Position numbers and translations under genes: made by a program. This document shows positions 23,045 through 34,500 of a stretch of DNA of 64,000 nucleotides, piece by piece (positions within the stretch are counted from its first letter, which is position 1; each line of letters begins with the position of its first letter). The stretch is from Alphaproteobacteria bacterium (lineage in GTDB: Bacteria; Pseudomonadota; Alphaproteobacteria; MPNO01; UBA830). Location of the stretch: positions 2,240,001-2,304,000 of the forward strand of contig OZ219791.1 in NCBI GenBank assembly GCA_964291215.2, given 5' to 3'. The notes under the pieces are model-generated. The model was not told the origin of the DNA and made no database searches. It worked only from the letters and a program-made list of their open reading frames with translations.

Positions 23045-24611
23045 GTATCTACTCACCCCTTGTTGGGTTCTGATTGGCCATAGTGCTCGTTGATGATGTC
23101 TGCGGCTTTTCCGTCGAGGGCGATCTGGGTGGCGACGAGTGGGTTGTAGCCGAGTGCGGCCATGGAGGTGAGGTAGCTCGAGCCCCGGCACCATGCTTTT
23201 GCGTGGAGCGGAAGCACCCGGACACCTTGAGCTTTGCCATCCTGATCTTCTGTTCTCCGGCATTGTTGGTGAAGCTGACGTTGGGGTCGTCCGTGAAGCG
23301 CAGGTTTTCGTGTTTCACGAGACGTTCGTGCAGGTTGTGCGCGTTTGCTATGCGTTTTCCTTTCGGCGGCGGCGGGATGTCGGGCAGTTCCCTGGCGCCC
23401 TGATGGTGCGGTAGCGCTTGCGCCCGGCGTCGTTCAGGGTTTTGGATGCGCTCTTGTTGACCTTGTGGCAGACCTCGCGGAGCAGGCTCTTCATCAGTCG
23501 CGCGGTAGCCTCGACGACAAAGGTCAGTTCGCGCAGCAGGTGGCTGCCGCACAGCTGGTGGCTACACTGGCCCATGTACGAGGCCCAGGACGCCCTTGTA
23601 GCACGGGCCGATCTCTTGCCTCCCGGCCGCGCTTGCGGTGCGGGAACTTGCACGTCAGGGTCCCACGACATGGAGCCACTTACTGTTGATCCGAAATCGT
23701 CGACATCGGGCGTTGCAGGAGGTGCGCCACGGCGGCCTCCTCCCATGACGCATCGTGAAAGCATAGCCGAGGCCTCGGAGAGCTTGATACCGGAGATCGC
23801 CTGCACGAACGCGACGGCACGGCGCAGGGACAGCATTTGGGCAACCAGCAGGTTGATGACGAGGGCCTGGATGCCGATGCCGTACTGCACGGTATGTTGT
23901 CGGGGAACCGGCCCTTGGTCCGGGCCTTGCACTTCGGGCATTCCTCGGCGTCGACGCGGCGCTCCCGATCGACGGGGCCGTCGATGTCAGCGCCGCAGGC
24001 GTCGCAGGCCGCGACCGTCTCCTCGACGATGATCTTGCGCAGGTTGTCGCCCATCTGCCGGTTCGGCTTCGGGCCGTTGCTCCCGGCACGCTCTTGTCCG
24101 TCTGTGACGGCGGCAGACCGGAGTTCCGGCTCGTGCGTGGTCTTCTCCAGAAGGACGACGATGATGATGTCGAGCAGGATGACGAGGACGCGGATGACGG
24201 CCTCTTCCGCCACCTTGCCGGCCGCACGCAGCGCCGCGGTCTTGGCCGCTTCGAACTCCTCACGCGCCGCGTTGATCGTCGCCATCACCCGGCCTCGACG
24301 GTCATGATCGTCGCGAGCATTGCCTGGCGCTCGCCCGGCGGCATCTTCCGGTACTCCGCCGCCCGGCCTTGCGCTTCATCAGCGCGCCGCCTCCGAGATG
24401 CGTTTCCACATACAGATCATGCGGAGGCTGGAGCCCCGGAAGCAGCTGGCACAGCCCGCTCGTCGCTTTCGATCCAAAGTAGCCCACTGGCGGTCCTTGT
24501 CGTTCTCGATTACCACCACTAAACGAATCGGCCTGCAGTGTCAAATCTCCACGAAAACCCGTTCGTTACTCTACCCCGACATCAAGCCGGAACCAGGGGG
24601 TGAGCAGTTAC
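23045..24611 (-). mobile_element. Degenerate IS66-family element (copy A)
   Basis: Ends gtatctactcacccc / ggggtgagcagttac; 8-bp TSD gcctcatg (23037-23044, 24612-24619); QLCGSHLLREL, FTNNAGEQKIRMAK, VSGCFR. Confidence 0.88.
24285..24487 (-). pseudogene. Internally deleted DNA adenine methyltransferase (Dam/D12-like) passenger in IS66 copy A
   Basis: GYFGSKATSGLCQ..PPHDLYVETHLGGGALMKRK (motif X/I-like) joined to ..EYRKMPPGERQAMLATIMTVEAG*; TGATG overlap with the transposase start. Confidence 0.65.
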
Positions 24612-26184
24612 GCCTCATGAACGAAGACTCGATCATGGTTCGTTGAAAGGCGCAGGGCAGGAAGCACACGGTGTGCTCGCGCTGCACGTTCTCGCCGAGC
24701 TTGCGAACATGAAAGGCCGCCTAGCAGCTGCGCAGTTTGCGCGGTCGCTGTCCCGGGACGAGCTCGAGGCCATCGGCGGAACCCGAGGACGGGCTGCGCG
24801 AGCCGCCCTCCAAGGCGGCCCTCCACCGGGCAGTCGATCGACCCCGAGGCGCTCGAGGGCGTGCTCGGCCGCCATGGCAGGCGCCGGCTCGCCCGGGCGC
24901 TTGCCGCCAACGGCAAGCGCATCCGCGGCGCCAGCCGCAACGGCCACCACGAGACCGTGGCCCTCACGCCTCAGGCGCACCCTTCGCGCTGTTGAATTTC
25001 GACGACGGCGAGCTGGCGGCCACCTCCTCGAGCGCACCGATGTCCGCGGCAAGGTGATTACCCGGCGCTGCGGCGCAGACTATGTCTTCCCGGTCAGGGG
25101 CAATGCGCCTGAAACCTTCGACGGCATCGACCGGGAGACGGGTGGCCGCTTCAAGGAGGCAAGGCCCACGGACGCCTCGAGCAGCGCTCGATACGTGCCG
25201 CTCGAGGACCTGATCAGCTACCCCGGCGTCAGCCGGATCGCCCGCATCAAGCGCTACCGCAAGCCGCCGGGAAAGAGCGCCAGCGGCGCAGCGAGCGGCA
25301 ACGACCACACCGGTACATCATCACCTCGCTCGATGCACAACACGCGTCGCCAGAGGAACTGCTGCGGCCGCGGGCTGTGGAAAACATGAACCACCGAGAC
25401 TGCGTCTTCGGTGAGGACGCCTGCCTGACCCGCAAACCGCGCCAGCCTCGACAACATCGCGCTCGCGGTGATCTTCGCCAACCGACACGAGAGCCTCGCT
25501 GAAACACGGCTGCAGCCCGACTGCCGGGAAGTCGTCGCAGCCCTGAGCGCCAATAGCGTCCGGTCGATTCCCGGACGCCGCCCACATCCCGCCCACATCC
25601 CGAAAACAACCCGCCCACGCGCCGATAACGCCGCCGGCGACGACCGCGGACGGCCCCGAAGCCAGAAAACCCGGCACGCCGTGAAACCTTTGGACAGCAG
25701 AAGACAGCAAAATTGAATGTAGCGTGGGAAATACCTGCGATTGCGACCGCGGTGTGCGGACGGCTGCCGTCACCGTGCCTGCGCCCCGACGTTCCGCGTT
25801 CCCGCCGCCGGCTCCGACTGGCAGTGGTCCGGACGCCACGGGATTGGCTGCGGTCGAGTTTCCCGGCTGCTTCCGCAGCAGCCGCTGTCCGAATTTCCGG
25901 TGTTGGTGAAACCGCGACAAGAACGCTTCCAGGGGACGCAGGTCCGGCATGACGATTTTGAGGCTGTTCTGGTATGATCCGCCCGAGAACATCCTGGGGG
26001 AACGCATGCAGTCCGAATGGACCGGTGCTGCCGAAAACGCCGTGGGCCGCACCGGAATCCGCATGGGACCGGAATCCTGGCGCGGAAGCCTGCAGAGTTG
26101 GTGTCGGCTTCATTCCGGGCCCGGTCATCGCCGGTCGCAGTCCTGCCGTCCCGGCCCTGCCGCGGCGAGGGATTCGGAGTGAAA

Positions 26185-27279
26185 ATGAAGATCGATGGCG
26201 TCCCCTACCGCACCATCTGGCCCGACGACGGTGGCCGGTGCGTGCACATCATCGACCAGACGCGTCTACCTCATGAGTTCGTCAACGTGAAGCTCAGTAC
26301 AGCCGACGATGCTGCCCGCGCGATCACCGACATGCTCGTCCGCGGCGCACCCCTCATCGGCGCGACGGCGGCCTACGGTATCGCGTTGGCCATGCGGAAC
26401 GATCCTTCGGATGCCAACCTCGACACTGCCCGCGATGCTCTGTTTGCGACTCGTCCAACGGCGGTCAATCTGCGCTGGGCGCTCGAGGCCTTGGTAGCTG
26501 AACTGCGGCCGCTTCGCGAAAGCGGGAGAGCGGGCGCTGCCTGGCGCAAGTCAGCTGAGATCTGTGATGGGGATGTGGCGATCTGCGAGGCCATCGGTGA
26601 ACACGGCCTTCGACTGATCCGCGCCATCCACCAAGAGAAGAACGACACGGTCAACATACTCACCCATTGCAATGCAGGCTGGCTGGCCACGGTTGACTGG
26701 GGCACGGCGCTGGCGCCGGTATACAAGGCGTTCGATGCGGGAATCCCGGTTCATGTCTGGGTCGACGAAACCCGCCCGCGCAACCAGGGTGCGGCACTGA
26801 CGGCATGGGAACTGGGCCGCCACGACGTTCCCCACACCGTGATCGTCGACAATGCAGGCGGCCACCTGATGCAGCAGAGGCGGGTCGACATGGTGATTAC
26901 CGGGACTGACCGCACCACCGCCAACGGCGATGTCTGCAACAAGATCGGCACCTACCTCAAGGCGCTCGCAGCCCGCGACAACGGCGTGCCGTTCTATGTC
27001 GCCCTGCCGTCGCCGACCGTTGACTGGACGCTTGCTTCGAGCGCCGACGTGCCGATCGAGGAACGCGACGGCGCTGAGGTCTCGATGATCGCAGGCCGCG
27101 ATTCCTGCGGTGCAGCCACCCGGGTCCGCATCACTCCGGACGGCTCCCCGGTTGGCAATCCCGCTTTCGACGTGACGCCGGCTCGCCTCGTCACGGCTCT
27201 GATAACCGAACGCGGTATCGCCCCGGCCACATCCGACGGGCTGGCAGACCTGTTTCCGGAACTTGTCCGTGCCGTGTGA
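26185..27279 (+). CDS. mtnA: S-methyl-5-thioribose-1-phosphate isomerase
   Basis: [54 protein letters not shown]. Confidence 0.95.
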   Translation: MKIDGVPYRTIWPDDGGRCVHIIDQTRLPHEFVNVKLSTADDAARAITDMLVRGAPLIGATAAYGIALAMRNDPSDANLDTARDALFATRPTAVNLRWALEALVAELRPLRESGRAGAAWRKSAEICDGDVAICEAIGEHGLRLIRAIHQEKNDTVNILTHCNAGWLATVDWGTALAPVYKAFDAGIPVHVWVDETRPRNQGAALTAWELGRHDVPHTVIVDNAGGHLMQQRRVDMVITGTDRTTANGDVCNKIGTYLKALAARDNGVPFYVALPSPTVDWTLASSADVPIEERDGAEVSMIAGRDSCGAATRVRITPDGSPVGNPAFDVTPARLVTALITERGIAPATSDGLADLFPELVRAV

Positions 27280-27910
27280 TCATTCGCGCCTGAGGCGAGC
27301 GTTGGTTGCAGCCGCCAGGTCGATGGACAAGCTCGGAATCAGCCAGGGCACTTCCGGAAACGTGAGCGTCAGGGCAGGGGGCGGGTTTCTGATCACGCCG
27401 ACGGCGCTGCCCTATGCGGAAACCGAGCCCGACGATCTCGTTTTCGTCGGGCTGGACGGAACGGCACGAGGTACGCGTCGGCCATCGAGCGAATGGCGCC
27501 TCCATCGCGACATCTACGCCGCGCGTCCGGATGACGGGGCTGTCGTGCACACCCACGCTATTCATGCAACGACGCTTGCCTGTCTCCGTACGCCGATTCC
27601 ACGATTCCACTACATGGTTGCCATGGCGGGTGGCGACGACATCCGTTGCGCCCCCTATGCCACTTACGGAACGCAAGAACTCTCGGACTACGCGATCGCC
27701 GCTCTTGCGGACCGGAAGGCGTGTCTGCTTGCCAATCACGGAATGATTGCCTGTGGGACCGACCTCGACGCAGCGCTGGCACTTGCCGTCGAAGTCGAGA
27801 CGCTGGCTCGTCAGTACCTGCAAGCCCTCCAGATCGGCAAACCGAGGCTCCTGACAAGGAAGCAGGTGGCCGAGGTGCTCGAGAAGTTCAACGACTATCG
27901 CTCTGACTGA
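27263..27910 (+). CDS. Class II aldolase (FucA-like; probable methylthioribulose-1-P aldolase); start uncertain
   Basis: [27 protein letters not shown]; overlaps the mtnA stop. Confidence 0.85.
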   Translation: MSVPCDHSRLRRALVAAARSMDKLGISQGTSGNVSVRAGGGFLITPTALPYAETEPDDLVFVGLDGTARGTRRPSSEWRLHRDIYAARPDDGAVVHTHAIHATTLACLRTPIPRFHYMVAMAGGDDIRCAPYATYGTQELSDYAIAALADRKACLLANHGMIACGTDLDAALALAVEVETLARQYLQALQIGKPRLLTRKQVAEVLEKFNDYRSD

Positions 27911-28063
27911 CGCGGCTGGAGAGCTGGTTCTGCCGCAACACCGTTTGCTGCACCTTCGAGCAGGGACCGTGTTCCGGGCCGCCGGTCCGGTGCGACGATC
28001 GCGCCCCGGTAATAGCGCCGTAATTCCGATCGCAGCCGATCGGCAAGCCGTCTTGCGTTCCGA

Positions 28064-29473
28064 TCATCCGGACAGGAGCAGGTTCGGCAGGAATAGTACG
28101 ATGGCAGGAAAGGCAAGCAGCCCTGCAATGGTCAGTGCATCCGCGACGAAAAAGGGGGCGGCGCCCTTGAAGACATCCTGCACGGAAAGTTCGGGGCGAA
28201 CGCCGGCGACCACGAAGCAGTTCAGCCCGATCGGCGGCGTGATCAGGCAGAGTTCAGCCATCTTGACCACGATGATGCCGAACCAGATTGCGCAGCCAAC
28301 ACCGGACATCCCGAACGCACTGTCGGCTGCTGTTACTGTTTCACCGCCGTTCAGCGCGATCACGGCCGGATAAACGACCGGGAGCGTCAGGATGAGCATG
28401 CCGATGGCATCCATGAACATGCCGAGCACGGCATAGGCCAAGAGGATCAGGATCAGGGTGAGAAATGGGCTCTGGTCGAGCGATGTAATCCACGCTGCGA
28501 AGGTGCCCGGCAGATCGGCAAAGCCGAGAAACCGCACAAAGACGAGAACTCCCCAGATGATCGTGAAGATCATCACCGAGAGTTTTGCGGTTTCCATGAG
28601 TGCCTTCCTGAGTTGCAGCCAGCGCATGCCGCGCCAGAGCGCCATCACGAAAACCACGAAAGCGCCGAGCGCGCCGCCTTCGGTCGGCGTCCCCCATGCG
28701 TCCCCGCCGAACGGGTTGTAGATGAACGAAATGATGATCGCGATCACGAAGAAGATCGGAAAGACGGCGGGCAGAGATGCGAACCGCTCCATCCAGGTGA
28801 AGCCGCTGCTCGGCGGGCCGAAATTCCGGAAGACAACGGCAAGCCCGACGATCAAACTGCCGTAAACAAGGGCGGAAAACGCACCTGGCAGGAAACCGGC
28901 CAGGAGCAGCGCACCGACATCCTGTTCGACGATGATGGCGTAGATTACCAGGATTGCCGAGGGCGGTATGAGGGATGCAAGCGTGCCGGCGGACGCGACC
29001 ACGCCGGCGGCGAAGCGCTTGTCGTATCCTACGGCGAGCATTTCCGGAATCGCGATCCGGGCGAAGACGGCAGACGTCGCAACCGAGGCTCCGGACACCG
29101 CCGCAAAACCGGCGGTGGCGAACACAGTCGAGACCGCGAGACCGCCCGGCAGCCATCCCACCCAACGTTTGGCGGCTTCGAACAGCGATCGAGTGAGTCC
29201 GGCATGATAGGCGAGGAAGCCGATCAGGATGAAGGTCGGAATGAGAGACAGCGCCTGTGACGAGATCTTGGAGTGGGGCACCTGGCCAGCTGTTTTTGCC
29301 GCCACCGTGAGCGCCCAGAGAAACTGCTCCGGGTCGTATCCGCGCTTGGCCCAGAAGATCCATATGAGACCCGTCACGCCGGCGATGGCGGCGGCGAAGG
29401 CGACCCGGACACCCAGGAGCACCAGGACCAGAAGGAACCCCGAAACAACCAGGCCGATATCGATGGGTTCCAT
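28064..29473 (-). CDS. TRAP transporter large permease (DctM)
   Basis: SGASVAT, GTLASLIPPS, TPTEGGA, ITPPIGLN. Confidence 0.92.
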   Translation of the reverse strand: MEPIDIGLVVSGFLLVLVLLGVRVAFAAAIAGVTGLIWIFWAKRGYDPEQFLWALTVAAKTAGQVPHSKISSQALSLIPTFILIGFLAYHAGLTRSLFEAAKRWVGWLPGGLAVSTVFATAGFAAVSGASVATSAVFARIAIPEMLAVGYDKRFAAGVVASAGTLASLIPPSAILVIYAIIVEQDVGALLLAGFLPGAFSALVYGSLIVGLAVVFRNFGPPSSGFTWMERFASLPAVFPIFFVIAIIISFIYNPFGGDAWGTPTEGGALGAFVVFVMALWRGMRWLQLRKALMETAKLSVMIFTIIWGVLVFVRFLGFADLPGTFAAWITSLDQSPFLTLILILLAYAVLGMFMDAIGMLILTLPVVYPAVIALNGGETVTAADSAFGMSGVGCAIWFGIIVVKMAELCLITPPIGLNCFVVAGVRPELSVQDVFKGAAPFFVADALTIAGLLAFPAIVLFLPNLLLSG

Positions 29474-29484
29474 CTGTGCGCGCC

Positions 29485-30138
29485 TTATTCGCCGACGGGT
29501 GCGGCGTCATCCTCGAGGCCCGAGACGCCTTCCGCTTCGCGGGCGGCGACCGTCGACACATCTTCGATGAGTGGCACCGCGACGGGCTGCCCGGTGCCGC
29601 AGAGGAAGGCTCTTGCATACCCCCAGAGCTGAATGGAAAGCCGCAGCCCGAGAACGGCAAAAGCCAGGGGAACGAGCAGTTTGGCGGGCCAGAGCGGCAA
29701 GCGGATGTCGAGGCTGGAATCGCGGCTCCAGAAAGGTTCGCTCCAGTCGAAAGATCTCTCGAAATGGGCCCAGCTGCCCCAGACCATCAGCAGCATCAGG
29801 GCGAGGATCGCGAACGTCCCGATGAACTCTGCGGCCCACAGAGACCGGCCTTCGAGCCTGCCGACGACCATGTCCATACGGATGTGGCCGCCGAGGCGCT
29901 GGCAGTAGGCAATGCCGATGAACGCGATCAGCGGCATCGCCTGTTCAATCCAGTCGACATAGCCGGGAATCGGATGGTTCAGAAAATTGCGTCCGCCGAC
30001 ACTGACGACGGCAAGCAGCATCAACGCGAAGACCGCGAGCCCGCCGACGAGCGCGAACACCGCTTCCAGGCGGTAGAGATGGCGATCGATCCTGCTCAGG
30101 ACCGTGCCGTCTTCGAGGACCGACGATGCGCCTGCCAT
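29485..30138 (-). CDS. TRAP transporter small permease (DctQ)
   Basis: Four TM segments, GGHIRMD; lies between dctP and dctM. Confidence 0.9.
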   Translation of the reverse strand: MAGASSVLEDGTVLSRIDRHLYRLEAVFALVGGLAVFALMLLAVVSVGGRNFLNHPIPGYVDWIEQAMPLIAFIGIAYCQRLGGHIRMDMVVGRLEGRSLWAAEFIGTFAILALMLLMVWGSWAHFERSFDWSEPFWSRDSSLDIRLPLWPAKLLVPLAFAVLGLRLSIQLWGYARAFLCGTGQPVAVPLIEDVSTVAAREAEGVSGLEDDAAPVGE

Positions 30139-30210
30139 GAGCCGATCACGCGAAGGTTCCCGCCGGCCTCATGGACCGGCGGGACAGGGACAACCGGATG
30201 CCCCGGAAAC

Positions 30211-31221
30211 TCAGCGGCCCCCGACAATGCCGGTCACGAGATCAAGCAGTTCCGCGGCGGGGAGGCCGCGCGCCGTGTTTTCTTTCACCCAGGCGGCGGC
30301 TGCAGGGCCTGCAACCGAATCCCGGAACGCGGCAAGCTCCTTGTCTGTATAGGTGATCCTCTTGATCGCTTTCGCATCAAGCGTCGGACCCCATTTCGCC
30401 ATCGTCTTCGTGTTGTAATAGGACACGTAATGCGCCAGCGCCTCGTCCACCGAACCCAGGAGTGCCGCACGCTCGGATTCGGCAAGCGCCTTCAGCGCAT
30501 CGGTGTTCACCACGACCGGACAGTTGACGGTACCCGGGTTGAGGTTCGTCGTCCACCATTTCGCACTCTCGACGGTCCCGAAGGCCATATGCGCATGCGG
30601 CGCGAAGGCGACCGCCTTGACGACGCCGCTATCGAGCGCCTGGCGCACCTCGGTCGCCGACATCGATGTCGGGACGGCGCCGATCGCCTTCATCGCCTTG
30701 CCGATGCCGCCCGTGGCCCTCACGGCAAGTCCCTTATAGTCTTTCAGCGTCACCGGAGCCTTGCCAACTCCGGCAATATTGTATTGCGGCAAGGGAGACG
30801 GCATCAGGATGGTGGCGTTCCACCGGGCCATGTCCGCGACAACTGCGGGATGTTGGTAGACGGCCCGGGAGACCTTCACCTCTTGTTCAAGTGAAGACAC
30901 ACCCAGGAATGGAAGCTCCAAGACGGTGATCGACGGGTTCTTGTCGTAATGATAGCCGGCGCAAAACTGGGCCATTTCGAAGGCCCCGATCGATATGCCG
31001 TCGAGATTCTCCCGGTTCTTGGAGAGACCGCCGTAGGAGAGATTGAGTTTGAAGTTGCCGTTCGTCTTGGCGCTGACGAGTTCGGCAAGTTTTTCCACGT
31101 GTTCGGTGAAGGCGCGCCGCTTCCCCCACAACGAAACGTTCCACTCTGCGGCAATCGCCTCGCCTGCGAAGACCAGTGATAGGCCGCCGACGATTGCAAG
31201 CTTCAGATAGCTCCGATTCAT
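30211..31221 (-). CDS. TRAP transporter substrate-binding protein (DctP)
   Basis: Signal peptide, ELPF, EVRQALDSGVV. Confidence 0.88.
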   Translation of the reverse strand: MNRSYLKLAIVGGLSLVFAGEAIAAEWNVSLWGKRRAFTEHVEKLAELVSAKTNGNFKLNLSYGGLSKNRENLDGISIGAFEMAQFCAGYHYDKNPSITVLELPFLGVSSLEQEVKVSRAVYQHPAVVADMARWNATILMPSPLPQYNIAGVGKAPVTLKDYKGLAVRATGGIGKAMKAIGAVPTSMSATEVRQALDSGVVKAVAFAPHAHMAFGTVESAKWWTTNLNPGTVNCPVVVNTDALKALAESERAALLGSVDEALAHYVSYYNTKTMAKWGPTLDAKAIKRITYTDKELAAFRDSVAGPAAAAWVKENTARGLPAAELLDLVTGIVGGR

Positions 31222-31385
31222 GATATCCTCCCGATTCGCAGCCAACCCCGTTGGTGAGTGAGGGAAGTTTAGGCTGGATGTCGGGGTAGAGCAACGCGGA
31301 ATGGATCGGGTGCTTGTCTTGTGGGGCGGACGGCCTTGCGCGGATGGTGGCCTTCAATGTTCACCGCATCGGCCTGCTGCTGCAC

Positions 31386-31398
31386 GGGGGGGGGGGGG
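31386..31398. repeat. G13 homopolymer
   Basis: 13 consecutive G in the gdh-dctP intergenic region. Confidence 0.8.
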
Positions 31399-31541
31399 CC
31401 GGGCCCAACGATGACGCGCCGCCTGACGGCGGCTCCCATCGACCTCAGCCGCGAAGCCCGCCCGGGAGCGGGAACAGAATCGCTCGCCCGGCGTTTGCGG
31501 CGGGAAATCCTTCGGCGAGGCTTCTCCCGCACCCTCTGCGG

Positions 31542-34500
31542 TCACGTGGTGCAGAGGGCGCGGATATGGCTTCCTGCTACCGACAGCATCGCGAGGTCCG
31601 CAGAACTGCTCCGTTCGATGTCCGCGAGAACCTGCCGAAGCCGTGGTACCTGGTGGGCGTGGTGCTGCTCCCACCGGCTGATCGTGTCGGCCACGGCTGC
31701 GGCTTTGCCGGCTGCGCCGATGAGAATGCCGGTGAGCTTGGCCTGGTGCTCGTGCAGGTCGTCGACCATGGCAGCCAAGGCCGCCGACTGCCACTCGTTT
31801 TCAGGAGTAATGGCGTCTGCGATCTCGCGCAGGCTGTCGAAACCGAAATGCTCGCCCACTTGGAAGTAGGCCTGTGCGGCATCGCCCACGGGCTTGTTCG
31901 AATCCCGGGCGATATCCACGATGTCGCATCCCGAGTACAGGATATCGAGTTGTGCGACGCCGCGCGCGAGTTTTGCGGGAACGCCATCCGCGGCGTACTG
32001 CGCCGCAGTTTGTTCCGTGCGCATGCGCATGGTCTCGGACATGTAGCGTTCAAGCTCTGCTGAGAGTGAGGCGATACCCGGCCGGAAGGCTCCGATGGCG
32101 GCCATGTCGAGGGGCTCGCCGGCGCTGGTCGCGAACCAGACGGTGGCGCGTCCTATGAGGTCGAGAACGGCGAGGTGGAGTGCCGTCTGCACTTCTGCCC
32201 TGACCCTGTTGTCGAGTTCCTCAATGCCGTTCCAAAGGTCAGGCAGCCCGAACACTTCACGGCAGACGAGGTAGGCGCGCACAATTCGGTCCGGCGCCAC
32301 GCCCTTTTCTACTGCGATGGTCTCGACAAAGGTCGGCCCGACGCGGTTGGTGAGGCTGTTGGCAAGGTATGTTGCGGTGATCTCCCGCTGGAGACGATGC
32401 CCGGGCATGCGGTCGCCGTAGCGTTCGCGGAGCATTGGCGGGAAGTAGAGCCCGATATCGTGCACCAGCTGCGGATCGTCGGGCACATCGCTTGCGAGCA
32501 GATTCTTGAACAGCGTCCTTTTCGAATAGGCGAGAAGAATCGCGATCTCGGGGCGTGTCAAGCTCTGCCGACGGGCGGTGCGTTCGGCGATTTCCTCGTC
32601 GTCTGGCAGGCATTCCACCGAGCGGTCCAGCTCCCCGGCTCGCTCGAGGGCGCGGATGAAGTGCGCGTGTTCGCCCAGCGTCTGCGGTGCCCGCGCCTCG
32701 GCATGACTCAGGGCCATGCTCTGGCGGTAGTTGTCCATCAGCGTGTGCCTTGCGACATCATCGGTCATGTCGGCAAGCATCTGGTCGCGATCCGCAAGGT
32801 CGAGACCTCCAGCCGCCATCACCTCGCCGAGCAGGATCTTGATATTGACCTCCTGGTCGGAGGAGGCGACGCCGGCCGAATTGTCTATGAAGTCGGCATT
32901 GATGCGTCCGCCGCCGAGAGCGTACTCGACGCGGCCGCGCTGCGTGACGCCGAGATTGGCGCCTTCTCCGACTACCCTGCAGCGCAGATTGCGGCCGTCC
33001 GCGCGCACGGCGTCGTTGGCGCGGTCGCCGACATCCACATGGGATTCGGCGGACGCCTTGACATAGGTTCCGATGCCTCCGAGCCAGAGCAGATCCACCC
33101 TCGACTGCAGCATCGCGAGGATGAGGCGGGCGGGAGTGATCTTCCCCTGTTCGGGAAGGTCGAAGAGCCTGCGTGCCTCGGGCGCGAGACCAACCTCCTT
33201 TGCGTTGCGGTCGAACACGCCACCGCCCCTGGAGATCAGTGTGGCGTCGTAGTCAGTCCATGAGGATCGCGGTTTTCGGAACAGTCGGTTGCGCTCCTTC
33301 CATGCAGCTGCAGGATCAGGACTGGGGTCTACGAAGATGTGAATGTGATTGAACGCGCCGACAAGCCTGATATGGCGTGACTGCAGCATGCCGTTGCCGA
33401 AGACGTCGCCCGACATGTCGCCGACGCCGACAACAGTGAACTCCTCGGTCTGGGTGTCGAGGCCAATTTCGCGGAAATGGCGCTTGACGCATTCCCAGGC
33501 GCCGCGGGCGGTGATGCCCATTTTCTTGTGGTCATAGCCCGCCGAACCGCCGGAAGCGAAGGCGTCGCCAAGCCAGAAACCATATTCGGCAGCTACGCCG
33601 TTGGCTATGTCGGAGAAGGTGGCCGTTCCCTTGTCGGCGGCAACCACCAGGTAGGGGTCGTCGCCGTCACGCCGGACCACGTTCATGGGCGGCACCACCT
33701 TCCCCGCCACGAGGTTGTCGGTGATGTCGAGCAGGCTCCGCACGTAGGTCTTGTAGCAGGCTATGCCCTCGGCGATCAGCATCTCGCGCCCGCCTTCGCG
33801 CGGTAGCTGCTTGACGACGAATCCGCCTTTCGCGCCTTCGGGCACGATCACGGCATTCTTGGTCATCTGCGCTTTCATCAGGCCAAGGATCTCGGTCCGG
33901 AAATCCTCCCGCCGATCCGACCACCGGAGACCGCCGCGGGCGACCATGCCGCCGCGGCAGTGGACGCCCTCGACGCGGGGCGAATACACGAAGATCTCGC
34001 GTGCCGGTTTGGGCAGGGGCAAATCGACGATCCGCATGCTGTCGAACTTGAACGACAGGTTCTGCAGCGGTTCGCCGTCAGGGCCGGGGACAAAGAAATT
34101 AGTGCGGAGCGTGGAATCGATCAGGTTGGAGAGCCGCCTCAGGATGCGGTCTTCATCCGGATTAGCGATGGCATCGAGCGCTTCATCGACGGCGTTGTTC
34201 AGTTCGCCGCTTCGCTGCTTGCGTGTCTGGCGCGCGAGGCCGGGCTCGAACATGGTCTCGAACAGGGCAACAAGATCGCGCGTGACGCTGCTGTTCCGGA
34301 TCAGTGTCTCGACCATGTAGGTTTCGCTGAATGGGATGCCGGTCTGGCGCAGGTACCTGCACAGTGCGCGCACGATCACGACCTGGCGCCAGTGAAGGCC
34401 GGCAGACAGGATCAGGGCGTTGAACCCGTCGTTTTCGACTTCGTTGTGCCAGACCCGCGTAAAAGCCTCCGCGAACGGTTCGCGGAGCGTATCGACATCG

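Larger units (their letters stand above)
20909..24649 (-). mobile_element. Degenerate IS4-family (IS50/Tn5-like) element with DUF4338-like N-terminal region
   Basis: IRs ctttcaa/ttgaaag; 9-bp TSD gcgcagggc (20900-20908, 24650-24658); ILAIQDTT, LDWMLLTT, YERRWLIEEYFKALK; VVNNARLLILP, GTSYRAAGW. Confidence 0.85.
20460..25737 (+). mobile_element. Degenerate ISAs1/DUF4338 element (copy 2), interrupted by nested IS4 and IS66 elements
   Basis: Homologous to 7268-8760; ...DFRRAQG at 20908 resumes as AQGRKHTV at 24650; right end ...gcgtgggaaatacctg at 25737. Confidence 0.8.
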
